Shown: positions 16,454 through 24,000 of the stretch, piece after piece | How positions within the stretch are numbered: the stretch's first letter is position 1 | How the letters are laid out: each line of letters opens with the position of its first letter | DNA from: Defluviitaleaceae bacterium | Lineage (GTDB): Bacteria > Bacillota > Clostridia > Lachnospirales > WQUN01 | Reading direction: 5' to 3' | Assembly (NCBI GenBank): GCA_009785615.1 | Contig: WQVX01000018.1 | Coordinates: 8,027-32,026 of the forward strand | Length of the DNA: 24,000 nucleotides | Program-made: the position numbers and the translations under genes | The notes under the pieces: generated by a model | Told to the model about the DNA's origin: nothing | What the model saw: the letters and a program-made list of their open reading frames with translations, nothing else | Databases searched by the model: none

Positions 16454-16482
16454 ATGCTACAATAGTTAATCTTATATGTCAA
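16454..16482 (-). promoter_or_regulatory. Candidate agrB promoter, back-to-back with a possible + strand extended -10
   Basis: On the minus strand: TTGACA (complement of 16477-16482), 17-nt spacer, TAGCAT (complement of 16454-16459). It lies ~74 nt upstream of the agrB ATG. On the + strand, TGcTACAAT (16455-16463) overlaps it. Confidence 0.4.
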
Positions 16483-16671
16483 GATTATGTTAGAACTACA
16501 AGATTTGTGTTGATCTGTTTGCTTTACTTTTATGTAAAATTTATGATATAGTTTCCGGGTAATGTATTGTGGGAAAGTGTACCCTCATTGTTGCATAAAG
16601 TATAGATATAGCAATATGAACTCTTAGTAACCGGTAATCGGTACGCTGTAAACAGGAAGGAGAATTTGAAC

Positions 16672-17751
16672 ATGAGAGTGTATAATTTTTCGCCGGGGCC
16701 GGCCACATTACCTGTGGAAGTCTTGGAACAAGCAGCTAAAGAAATGGTGGAATACAAAGATTGTGGCATGTCTGTAATGGAAATGAGCCACCGTTCCAAA
16801 ATGTACGAAGAAATACATGAAGAAGCCGAAATTCTGTTAAAAGAACTGATGGAGATTCCCTCTAACTACAAGGTGCTATTTTTACAAGGCGGAGCATCCC
16901 AACAATTTGCTATGATCCCTATGAATTTATACAAAAATGGCAAAGCAGACTATGTACTTACCGGTGAATGGGCTAATAAAGCTTGCAAAGAAGCTGCTAA
17001 GATACTTAAAACTACAGTTATTGCTACTTCTGAGGATAAAAATTTTTCTTATATCCCTGATATTAAGGAATTTTCTCCTGATGCAGACTATATTCATATC
17101 ACCACTAATAATACAATTTGCGGTACTCGATTTTTAAAAATACCTGATACCGGAAACATCCCTTTAGTAGCTGATATGTCCTCGGGTATATTGTCTGAAG
17201 TATTTGATGTTTCCAAGTTTGGCTTAATATATGCCGGAGCACAAAAAAATATAGGCCCGGCAGGACTCACTATTGTAATTATTAGAGAAGATTTACCGGA
17301 AAATGAGTATGCTTCTAAATTGCCCTCCATCTTCCAATATAAGGTTCATGCCAAAGCAAATTCCCTTTTTAATACTGCCCCAACGTACAGTATTTATATG
17401 GCAAAACTCTGCTTGGAATGGCTAAAAAATCAAGGCGGAGTAGCGGGCATTCAAAAAGTGAACGAGGCAAAAGCTAAGTTAATGTACGACTTTTTAGATA
17501 ATTCCCCTTTATTTAGTGGCATCGCTGATAAAAAATATCGCTCGCTAATGAATATCCCTTTTACTACCGGGGACGATGCTAAAGACAAGGATTTTATAAA
17601 AAAAGCTGCTGAAGTTGGACTTGTAAATTTAAGCGGCCATAGATTAGTTGGCGGACTTAGAGCCAGCATATACAATGCTATGCCGATGGCAGGTGTTGAG
17701 AAACTTGTTAATTTTATGAAAGACTTTGAAACCGGTGAGGGGCAAGGCTAA
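16672..17751 (+). CDS. serC: Phosphoserine aminotransferase
   Basis: MRVYNFSPGPATLP start, EMSHRS, FLQGGAS, a PLP-lysine region GAQKNIGPAG, and a length of ~360 aa. ATG 16672 lies 9 nt after GGAAGGAG. Confidence 0.93.
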   Translation: MRVYNFSPGPATLPVEVLEQAAKEMVEYKDCGMSVMEMSHRSKMYEEIHEEAEILLKELMEIPSNYKVLFLQGGASQQFAMIPMNLYKNGKADYVLTGEWANKACKEAAKILKTTVIATSEDKNFSYIPDIKEFSPDADYIHITTNNTICGTRFLKIPDTGNIPLVADMSSGILSEVFDVSKFGLIYAGAQKNIGPAGLTIVIIREDLPENEYASKLPSIFQYKVHAKANSLFNTAPTYSIYMAKLCLEWLKNQGGVAGIQKVNEAKAKLMYDFLDNSPLFSGIADKKYRSLMNIPFTTGDDAKDKDFIKKAAEVGLVNLSGHRLVGGLRASIYNAMPMAGVEKLVNFMKDFETGEGQG

Positions 17752-18911
17752 TGTATAAAATTCTAACATTAAACAAAATCGCAAATTGTGGACTTGATGA
17801 ACTTCCCGATACTCAATTTTCTATATCTGATGATGAAAAAAATCCAAATGGCATTCTTGTGCGTAGTGCTGTTTTAGCACAAGAAAATTTAAACGACGGG
17901 CTTCAAGCCATAGCACGTGCAGGAGCCGGAGTTAATAATATTCCTGTGGAAAGCTGTGCTGAAAAAGGAATCGTTGTATTTAATACTCCCGGAGCTAATG
18001 CCAACGCCGTTAAAGAACTTGTAATGGCAGGATTGTTTCTTTCCAGCCGTGATGTTATTGGCGGGATCAACTGGACACAAGGGCTTCTTAACCGGACAGG
18101 GGTAGCAAAGTTAGTGGAAAAGGGCAAATCTCAATTTGCAGGGCCGGAAGTAGCCGGCAAAAACCTGGGAATTATCGGCCTGGGAGCCATTGGCGTACTT
18201 GTAGCCAATGCTTGCCGTCATTTAGGTATGAGCGTTTTTGGGTATGATCCTTATATCTCGGTAGATGCAGCTTGGGGCTTATCTCGGGGTGTTCGTAAGG
18301 CTTCAGACTTGGACAGTATGCTTGCAGGATGTGATTATATTTCTATACATGTACCTAGTAACACGGAAACTAAGGGCATGTTTAACAGTGACCTCTTTGC
18401 AAAATGCAAAAAAGGGGTACGAGTGCTTAACTTTTCACGGGCAGAGCTGGTGGATAACACTGCTATTAATGAGGCAATTAATAATGGTATTGTATCTTGT
18501 TATGTAACAGATTTCCCCACAGAAGAATTGCTGGGCAACGATAAAATTATTACAATTCCGCACCTTGGAGCCTCCACCCCGGAATCTGAGGATAACTGCG
18601 CTACAATGGCGGCGTCTCAGCTTCGCGAATACCTTTTATATGGCAATATCAAAAATTCCGTTAACTTTCCTGACTGTGAAATTCCATTCGTAAATAAAAA
18701 GCGAGTGTGCGTAATTCACAGAAATGTAGCCAGGGTAGTAGGGCCTATTACTACTTTGTTTGCAGATAGATCCATTAATATTGATAACATGCTTAACAAA
18801 AGTAAAAATGAGTATGCCTACACAATGTTAGATGTAGATGCTGCCAATGTAGAAGGCATAGAAGAAGAAATCCTTAAAATAGATAATATACTAAAAGTAC
18901 GGGTGATATAA
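17751..18911 (+). CDS. serA: D-3-phosphoglycerate dehydrogenase with a C-terminal ACT domain
   Basis: NAD fold GIIGLGAIG, catalytic-region motifs (SIHVP, NFSRAELVD, PHLGAST), and an ACT-like C-terminus. The start shares 1 nt with the serC stop (TAATG). Confidence 0.88.
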   Translation: MYKILTLNKIANCGLDELPDTQFSISDDEKNPNGILVRSAVLAQENLNDGLQAIARAGAGVNNIPVESCAEKGIVVFNTPGANANAVKELVMAGLFLSSRDVIGGINWTQGLLNRTGVAKLVEKGKSQFAGPEVAGKNLGIIGLGAIGVLVANACRHLGMSVFGYDPYISVDAAWGLSRGVRKASDLDSMLAGCDYISIHVPSNTETKGMFNSDLFAKCKKGVRVLNFSRAELVDNTAINEAINNGIVSCYVTDFPTEELLGNDKIITIPHLGASTPESEDNCATMAASQLREYLLYGNIKNSVNFPDCEIPFVNKKRVCVIHRNVARVVGPITTLFADRSINIDNMLNKSKNEYAYTMLDVDAANVEGIEEEILKIDNILKVRVI

Positions 18912-20128
18912 TGAGCGTTACCATTAAACCTTTTTGTGCTTTGCGACCTAAGCCGGAAATGGCCAAGGATGTAGCGGCATTGCCTTACGATGTAATGAAC
19001 ACAGAAGAAGCTAAAACAGAGGCAGCAAACAAACCTTACTCATTTTTGCATGTAGATAAAGCAGAAATTGATTGTCCGAAAGGCACAGATTTGTATAGCC
19101 CTGTTGTTTATACCAAAGCTAAAGAAAACCTGCAAAAGCTTGCTGACAATGTACTTATTAAAGATGAAAAGCCCATGCTTTATATTTATCAGTTAACAGC
19201 TAACGGATGTACTCAAACCGGGCTGGGTGCTTGCGTTAGCGTGGCAGAATATGAACAAGGGGTAATCAAACGTCACGAATTCACCAGGCCGGACAAAGAG
19301 CAAGACAGAATCAACCATATGTTAGCATGTAGCGCACATACAGGGCCAATCTTTATGGCATATAGGGATTCTGCTGATTCAACTTCGCCGCGAGCTTTAA
19401 TGTCAGAATGGATTGCAACAAATAAGCCAACCTATGACTTTATTGCGGATGATGGGGTAAAACATGCTCTTTGGGTTATAGAAGATGATATGGTACAAGA
19501 AAAGCTGATAAAAGCTTTTGAAGATGTGCCTTGTATCTACATTGCTGACGGACACCATCGCAATGAAGCGGCACGCAAGGCCGCAAATGCAAATTCACCT
19601 GAAAGTCTGTTTTATTTAGCTGTAATCTTTCCTCATGATGAATTGGCTATTATGGATTATAATCGCGTGGTTAAGGATTTAAATGGGCTGGATAAATCTG
19701 AATTTTTATCTGCTGTTAAAAAAATTGCTATGGTACAAAAAAGCCCCGCTCCTGTAAAGCCAACTTGCAAAAACGAAGTTGGAATGTACATGTCGGGACA
19801 ATGGTATCAGCTTGCAATTGATAAAGGCGAAACCACGGATATTACAGGTCAGTTGGATGTATCTATTCTACAAAATAAAATTCTTTCGCCAATCCTTGGA
19901 ATACAAGATCCTAAAGCGGATGCCCGTATAGATTTTGTAGGCGGCATTCGTGGAACTGAGGAATTGGAACGCCGCGTAAATAGTGGTGAAATGGCTGTAG
20001 CTTTTGCCTTGTATCCTACTTCTATGGAAGAACTTATGGCTGTAGCAGATGCAGACCAAATTATGCCGCCAAAATCTACATGGTTTGAACCTAAGCTAAG
20101 AAGCGGATTGTTGGTACATGTTTTTTAA
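18911..20128 (+). CDS. DUF1015-family protein of unknown function
   Basis: The N-terminus IKPFCALRPKPEMAKDVAALPYDVM and the motifs HEFTRPDKEQDR and IADGHHR match my recollection of the DUF1015 family (~400 aa). The start shares 1 nt with the serA stop (TAATG). Confidence 0.72.
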   Translation: MSVTIKPFCALRPKPEMAKDVAALPYDVMNTEEAKTEAANKPYSFLHVDKAEIDCPKGTDLYSPVVYTKAKENLQKLADNVLIKDEKPMLYIYQLTANGCTQTGLGACVSVAEYEQGVIKRHEFTRPDKEQDRINHMLACSAHTGPIFMAYRDSADSTSPRALMSEWIATNKPTYDFIADDGVKHALWVIEDDMVQEKLIKAFEDVPCIYIADGHHRNEAARKAANANSPESLFYLAVIFPHDELAIMDYNRVVKDLNGLDKSEFLSAVKKIAMVQKSPAPVKPTCKNEVGMYMSGQWYQLAIDKGETTDITGQLDVSILQNKILSPILGIQDPKADARIDFVGGIRGTEELERRVNSGEMAVAFALYPTSMEELMAVADADQIMPPKSTWFEPKLRSGLLVHVF

Positions 20129-20171
20129 CGTGAGTTTGACGAAGGCACACCTCTTTAGAGGCTGAGCAACC

Positions 20172-20208
20172 AAAAATCCCCCAAAGTGCTTTACTTTGAG
20201 GGATTTTT
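20172..20208. terminator. Bidirectional rho-independent terminator between the convergent DUF1015 and MCP genes
   Basis: AAAAATCCC (20172-20180) pairs with GGGATTTTT (20200-20208). The inner stem is CAAAGT (20182-20187) / ACTTTG (20193-20198). A/T runs on both flanks provide a U-tract in either direction. Confidence 0.85.
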
Positions 20209-20212
20209 ACAA

Positions 20213-22423
20213 TTATAGTTTGAAATATGCCACCAACTGCTTTAGAAATTCGGCTTGTGAGTTTAGCTCTTGCGATGCCGCTGCCGTTTCTTCGGAAGCA
20301 GACGAATTACTTTGCGCTATCTTGAATATTTGTGCAAGTCCCTCACTTATTTGTGCAATTGCTTCCGCCTGCTCTTTTGAAGATATGGAAATGCTGCCTA
20401 TGAGTGCCGATACTTCGCCAGCGTTTTTTACAATCATGTCTAATGATTGCGATGTCGCTTCTGCAACCTTTCCCCCACCTTCTACACGGCTATTTGAAGT
20501 TTCTATAAGCCCTGTAGTCTCGGTTGCGGATTTTTGACTGCGTCCGGCAAGATTGCGCACTTCTTCTGCAACCACACTAAAGCCTTTGCCATGTTCACCC
20601 GCTCTTGCGGCTTCTACTGCGGCATTAAGGGCAAGCAGATTTGTTTGAAACGCAATACCTTGAATGTCTTTGATAATCTTAGAGATTTCGCCTGACGATT
20701 CCTTGATTTGTGACATTGCTGTCAACATATCCTTCATAGAAGCGTTTCCTTCTTGGGCATTAACTGTAGATTTATTTGAAATTTCGCTTGCTTCCATTGC
20801 ATTATCGGCATTTTTGCGTGTTTGATGGTTGATTACATCAATAGTAACATTAAGCTCTTCTACAGAGCTTGCTTGTTCTTGCGCACCGTTTGCCAATTCT
20901 GATGCACTTGCAGAAATTTGTTTAGCTCCCGATAATACCTGTTCGGATGCGGTTGCAATATCAGACATTGTTTTGTGAAGCGTTACGGAAATGTTGTTAA
21001 GTGACTCCTTAATAGGGGCAAAGTCGCCCACAAACTGACGTGTGATTTCGGTTGTTAAATCACCCCGTGCAATTGCTGCTGAGTCCTTTGTTATTTCGTC
21101 AATATAAGCATGTATTTCTGTAAGCATATTATCTACTGCGGAAACAATGTTATTAAACACTCCTTCGTAAGCAGTAGCATTAGGATTAAAGCCCTCTTCC
21201 GTGATAATTCTGTCAAGCTTATCAAGGTTAAAGTTTCCTTTTTGCATCTCGTTTATACAAATTTCTATAACAGCGATAGGAGTAGCAACGGATTTGGCTA
21301 TATCATTAAGCCCATCCATGATTTTTCTCCAATCGCCATTATATTTACTTGAATCAATTTTGAAATTTAAATCCCCCTTATTTGCTATTGCATTAATCAT
21401 GGCATTTACCTCGGTGCTAATACCCTTCAAGTTAGCAATAACGGCACGCATGGCCTGTGCTTGTATTATTAATCCGCCCGGCATTTCGTTTATTTCTATA
21501 TCAAAATCGCCCTCGCCAATGCTACTAAGCACTCTGCACACATCTCTAATATTTGCTATTTCATCGTCCATTATATAATTAATGCTTTCTACCATTTCTT
21601 TAAAAGAATTATGGTACTTGTTTGCGTCAACTCTATAATCCATATTACCAAGGGTATTATACTCATGTTTTATACTCGACAAGTCCTGCACTATGGATTT
21701 TATGACATTCATAAGCTCGCTAATGCGACGAGTAAGCATACCTGTTTCATCATTATTTCTTGTTTTGATATTTATGTTAAGATTGCCGTCCGCTACACTG
21801 GAAAGAGCAGACACAACTTCGTCTATGGGTCTGGTAATGTTGCGTGTTATTACTAATGAAATAGCTATACCCACAACCATAGTTATTGCTGCCAGTATTG
21901 CAACTACCAAAGTAGTGTTTATGGCGAAATTTGACATTTCATTACCAATGGCATCCATACGGGTTTGTGTAAGTTCAAACATTACCATAAATTGCATACG
22001 TATAGCATCGGCTATAATATTATTTGCCGGAAGCAAAGCCAAAACTTGTTCATAATTATCGGCTCTTGCTGCTACAAAAGTAGGATTTGTAACATGCCTC
22101 AAGTAATCAGTAATCAAACTATTCAAAAATTCCGCTTCAGCCAGTAGTACATTGCGTTCCGTTGGGTCTATTTCAATATCACGCCAAAGGCTTTGTTTAT
22201 ATTCGTCTAATGTGTTTTGTAAATTATTGTGCATAATGTTAAATTCATTTTGCAATATGTCAACAGCAGCAACATTGCCGGTCACAAAAGAAGCCTGTAA
22301 AACAATCCGCCGTAAATCTAACAATTCTACCTCTAAATCACGCATAGTTGAATATCTGTTGTTTGGATATTCCAGCACATAAGTATAACTATTATTTACT
22401 TGCAAAATACTAACAATGCCCAT
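20213..22423 (-). CDS. Methyl-accepting chemotaxis protein: four-helix-bundle-like N-terminal domain, single TM, poly-HAMP array and MCP signalling domain
   Basis: The C-terminal signalling hairpin contains [37 protein letters not shown]. One TM ([23 protein letters not shown]) is followed by RNITRPI HAMP. I prefer ATG 22423 (7 nt after GGAAGGGGG). The track start at 22498 would overlap the upstream TctC gene by 62 nt and adds no hydrophobic helix. Confidence 0.9.
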   Translation of the reverse strand: MGIVSILQVNNSYTYVLEYPNNRYSTMRDLEVELLDLRRIVLQASFVTGNVAAVDILQNEFNIMHNNLQNTLDEYKQSLWRDIEIDPTERNVLLAEAEFLNSLITDYLRHVTNPTFVAARADNYEQVLALLPANNIIADAIRMQFMVMFELTQTRMDAIGNEMSNFAINTTLVVAILAAITMVVGIAISLVITRNITRPIDEVVSALSSVADGNLNINIKTRNNDETGMLTRRISELMNVIKSIVQDLSSIKHEYNTLGNMDYRVDANKYHNSFKEMVESINYIMDDEIANIRDVCRVLSSIGEGDFDIEINEMPGGLIIQAQAMRAVIANLKGISTEVNAMINAIANKGDLNFKIDSSKYNGDWRKIMDGLNDIAKSVATPIAVIEICINEMQKGNFNLDKLDRIITEEGFNPNATAYEGVFNNIVSAVDNMLTEIHAYIDEITKDSAAIARGDLTTEITRQFVGDFAPIKESLNNISVTLHKTMSDIATASEQVLSGAKQISASASELANGAQEQASSVEELNVTIDVINHQTRKNADNAMEASEISNKSTVNAQEGNASMKDMLTAMSQIKESSGEISKIIKDIQGIAFQTNLLALNAAVEAARAGEHGKGFSVVAEEVRNLAGRSQKSATETTGLIETSNSRVEGGGKVAEATSQSLDMIVKNAGEVSALIGSISISSKEQAEAIAQISEGLAQIFKIAQSNSSASEETAAASQELNSQAEFLKQLVAYFKL

Positions 22424-22436
22424 AATCGCCCCCTTC

Positions 22437-23477
22437 CTAATATTCAATGTAGTCTGACATTTGGTACATAGAATCCCAAATATCTTGAAGGAAACCATCT
22501 ACAGCAAAAGTTGGAAGGAAAAACGGTCTTGCGTCAAAAGCATCTCGGATTGTAGCGATATATTCATTGTTAAACTGTATATCTGCTACTACATCCGAAA
22601 GTCTGTGTAAAATCGCATCATCTGTTCCCGGCGGAAATGCAAAAAAATATGCACGACCCATAGCTGCACCGGCTAACCCCATATCTTCAACAGTGGCAAC
22701 ATAGCGGAAGTTAGGGTTGCGCCGCTCGGCACTTACAAGAAGAGGTACTAAATCTCCACTTTCAATAAATGGACGAAACACTGCATAAACACCTATAGCA
22801 AGTTCAATTTCATCATTGATTATAGCTTCTGCCATAAGGCCGGCACCTGCCATGCTTACAGGGGTTAAACTAAAACCTCCGGCAAGTTCCATTTTCCGCA
22901 GTACAAAAAACGAAAAACCCGGCATAGTTGTAGCTACTCTGTAGCCGCCTGGATTAGCCCTTGCTCTTGCAAGAAAATCAGCAGCATCTGTAAAGCCAAA
23001 TTGGGTTCCTGCTACTAAAACAGTTGCGTTATCGAAATTGGAAATGTTCGATATAGCGAAATCTCTCCAATTTAGGCTTGTGTTGCCTGATATTACATTA
23101 GTAAACATGTTGCCGGTATGGTAAAACAGCATGGTGTATCCATCGGGGGTACTACTGTTTACATAACTTGCGCCGTATGTACCTGCGTCACCGGGTATAT
23201 TAACCACCTCAAAGGGCACACCAAAATATTCCGACAAAAATGGTGCGTAGGCACGGGCATAAAAATCTGTATCACCTCCCGGCGCAAACGGAACAACAAT
23301 AGTCACCGGGCGCGTAGGCCAATTAGTGTCGGAGACTCTATTATTAATTGCTGTAAATCCACCATCAGTAGGTTCTTGTGTGTTTTGTCTGCCACAGCCA
23401 ACGAAAACCCCAAAAAATACAATAACTAATAATAAAACCATTTTTTTGTTCTTAGTACGGTTTTTAGATTGCTCCAT
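22437..23477 (-). CDS. Tripartite tricarboxylate transporter substrate-binding protein (TctC/Bug family), predicted lipoprotein
   Basis: [34 protein letters not shown] is the characteristic TctC N-terminal motif. The signal sequence [17 protein letters not shown] has a lipobox-like VGC. SD GGGAGG lies upstream. No TctA or TctB gene is present in the window. Confidence 0.82.
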   Translation of the reverse strand: MEQSKNRTKNKKMVLLLVIVFFGVFVGCGRQNTQEPTDGGFTAINNRVSDTNWPTRPVTIVVPFAPGGDTDFYARAYAPFLSEYFGVPFEVVNIPGDAGTYGASYVNSSTPDGYTMLFYHTGNMFTNVISGNTSLNWRDFAISNISNFDNATVLVAGTQFGFTDAADFLARARANPGGYRVATTMPGFSFFVLRKMELAGGFSLTPVSMAGAGLMAEAIINDEIELAIGVYAVFRPFIESGDLVPLLVSAERRNPNFRYVATVEDMGLAGAAMGRAYFFAFPPGTDDAILHRLSDVVADIQFNNEYIATIRDAFDARPFFLPTFAVDGFLQDIWDSMYQMSDYIEY

Positions 23478-23508
23478 AAAATTTTTCCTCCCGGAATATG
23501 GTTTCAGC

Positions 23509-24000
23509 CTATATTTTTTGAAACGCTATGCGCTCGTTGCCATTTTCTATCCATATAATTCCGCAACGCACAAAGTTTAGTTTATCCATTAATTTTAGCA
23601 TGGGGACATTATCCGGATGTGTGTCTATGCGAATGTTATTGATTTGCTGAAAGCACCAATTTAAACAAAATTCGCCTACACCTTTAACTTCCGGTTTATC
23701 AGTTGTACGGGCTATACGATGTACTACCCCATAAGGCGTATTGGAATCTATCCATGCGCCTTCTATTTTTTCGTAAGTAGGATCCGGCTCAACATTAAAA
23801 AAGAACACAGCCAAGATTTTTTCGTTTTCTTCTTGGCTGTTATCTTTTAGTGTACATACATAACTTTTGCCGGCGTGTATATCTGCCTCTATTAGCGTTT
23901 GAGGAGGATGGACAGTTCCCCATTGCTCCGGGTTATCATTTTCAATCATGAATGTTCTCGCTTGGGCGTAGATGTCCATTACAATGGGCAAGTCCGGCAT
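23509..24000 (-). CDS. GNAT-family N-acetyltransferase (the N-terminus may continue beyond the window edge)
   Basis: IYAQARTFMIENDNPEQWG...YPP-type N-terminal region, an acetyl-CoA loop-like HRIARTTDKPEVKGVG, and ~160 aa. The ATG falls exactly at the window end (23998-24000), so the true start cannot be confirmed. Confidence 0.7.
   Translation of the reverse strand: MPDLPIVMDIYAQARTFMIENDNPEQWGTVHPPQTLIEADIHAGKSYVCTLKDNSQEENEKILAVFFFNVEPDPTYEKIEGAWIDSNTPYGVVHRIARTTDKPEVKGVGEFCLNWCFQQINNIRIDTHPDNVPMLKLMDKLNFVRCGIIWIENGNERIAFQKI

Noticed and set aside
16381-16671. 291-bp divergent agrB/serC intergenic region, examined for a T-box or other riboswitch leader upstream of serC
   Set aside because: I found no T-box consensus (no GGTGGTACCGCG-like element), no terminator/antiterminator pair and no other motif I recognise. 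A covariance-model scan (Rfam) would be the decisive test.
16530-16673. 47-codon minus-strand sub-ORF (MFKFSFLFTAYRLPVTKSSYCYIYTLCNNEGTLSHNTLPGNYIINFT) upstream of agrB, superficially AgrD-like (hydrophobic start, central Cys, later Pro)
   Set aside because: It is part of the 89-aa track ORF 16530-16799, which runs antisense across the serC start and SD. It has no SD of its own, lies upstream of the predicted agrB promoter, and is on the wrong side of agrB for canonical agrBD order. It is worth an HMM check but not reportable as a gene.
20196-22382. Several + strand ORFs (20196-20537, 21110-21352, 21201-21578, 21611-21856, 21693-22055, 21965-22147, 22152-22382) inside the MCP gene
   Set aside because: They are antisense shadows of a long, well-supported MCP coding region with low-complexity translations.
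22424-22498. Longer MCP start at ATG 22498 (761-aa version in the ORF track)
   Set aside because: It overlaps the TctC gene by 62 nt, adds 25 residues without a TM helix, and has no SD. ATG 22423 has GGAAGGGGG upstream.
1-24000. Search for CRISPR arrays, tRNA/rRNA genes, IS elements, integrases, prophage genes, toxin-antitoxin pairs and restriction-modification genes
   Set aside because: I saw none. There are no spaced direct-repeat arrays, no cloverleaf-like GC-rich segments and no transposase- or recombinase-like ORFs. All other small track ORFs lie antisense within larger, well-supported genes.

Overview
AT-rich chromosomal segment with GGAGG-type ribosome-binding sites, most consistent with a low-GC Gram-positive (Bacillota, probably Clostridia) genome. 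This taxonomic call is an inference from sequence style and protein families. I support 22 CDS and found no rRNA, tRNA, CRISPR array, transposase or integrase. Gene order, left to right on the + strand: the 3' end of one hybrid histidine kinase, then a complete 1456-aa paralog with three serial extracytoplasmic sensor modules. Next come a thioredoxin-reductase-like flavoprotein, a sensorless histidine kinase, rimM-trmD, pepD, a GH3 NagZ-like hexosaminidase, bioY and a Uma2-family nuclease. These are followed by a GlpA-like FAD dehydrogenase with its partner flavoprotein. A three-gene minus-strand islet follows (14791-16380): an AgrB-family peptidase, a 99-aa double-zinc-ribbon protein and a secreted protein with a C-terminal His/Cys motif. 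I can see no AgrD, AgrC or AgrA near it. Then comes a translationally coupled serC-serA-DUF1015 operon. Converging on it from the right is a minus-strand GNAT / TctC-family lipoprotein / methyl-accepting chemotaxis protein unit. My best candidates for something undescribed are (1) the orphan AgrB cassette and (2) the orphan TctC binding protein coupled to a chemoreceptor that appears to lack its first transmembrane helix. Secondary candidates are the triple-sensor kinase, the pairing of a TrxR-like protein lacking the NADPH motif with a minimal kinase, and DUF1015 coupled to serine biosynthesis. All functional calls come from by-eye motif recognition in the translations. No database search was run.
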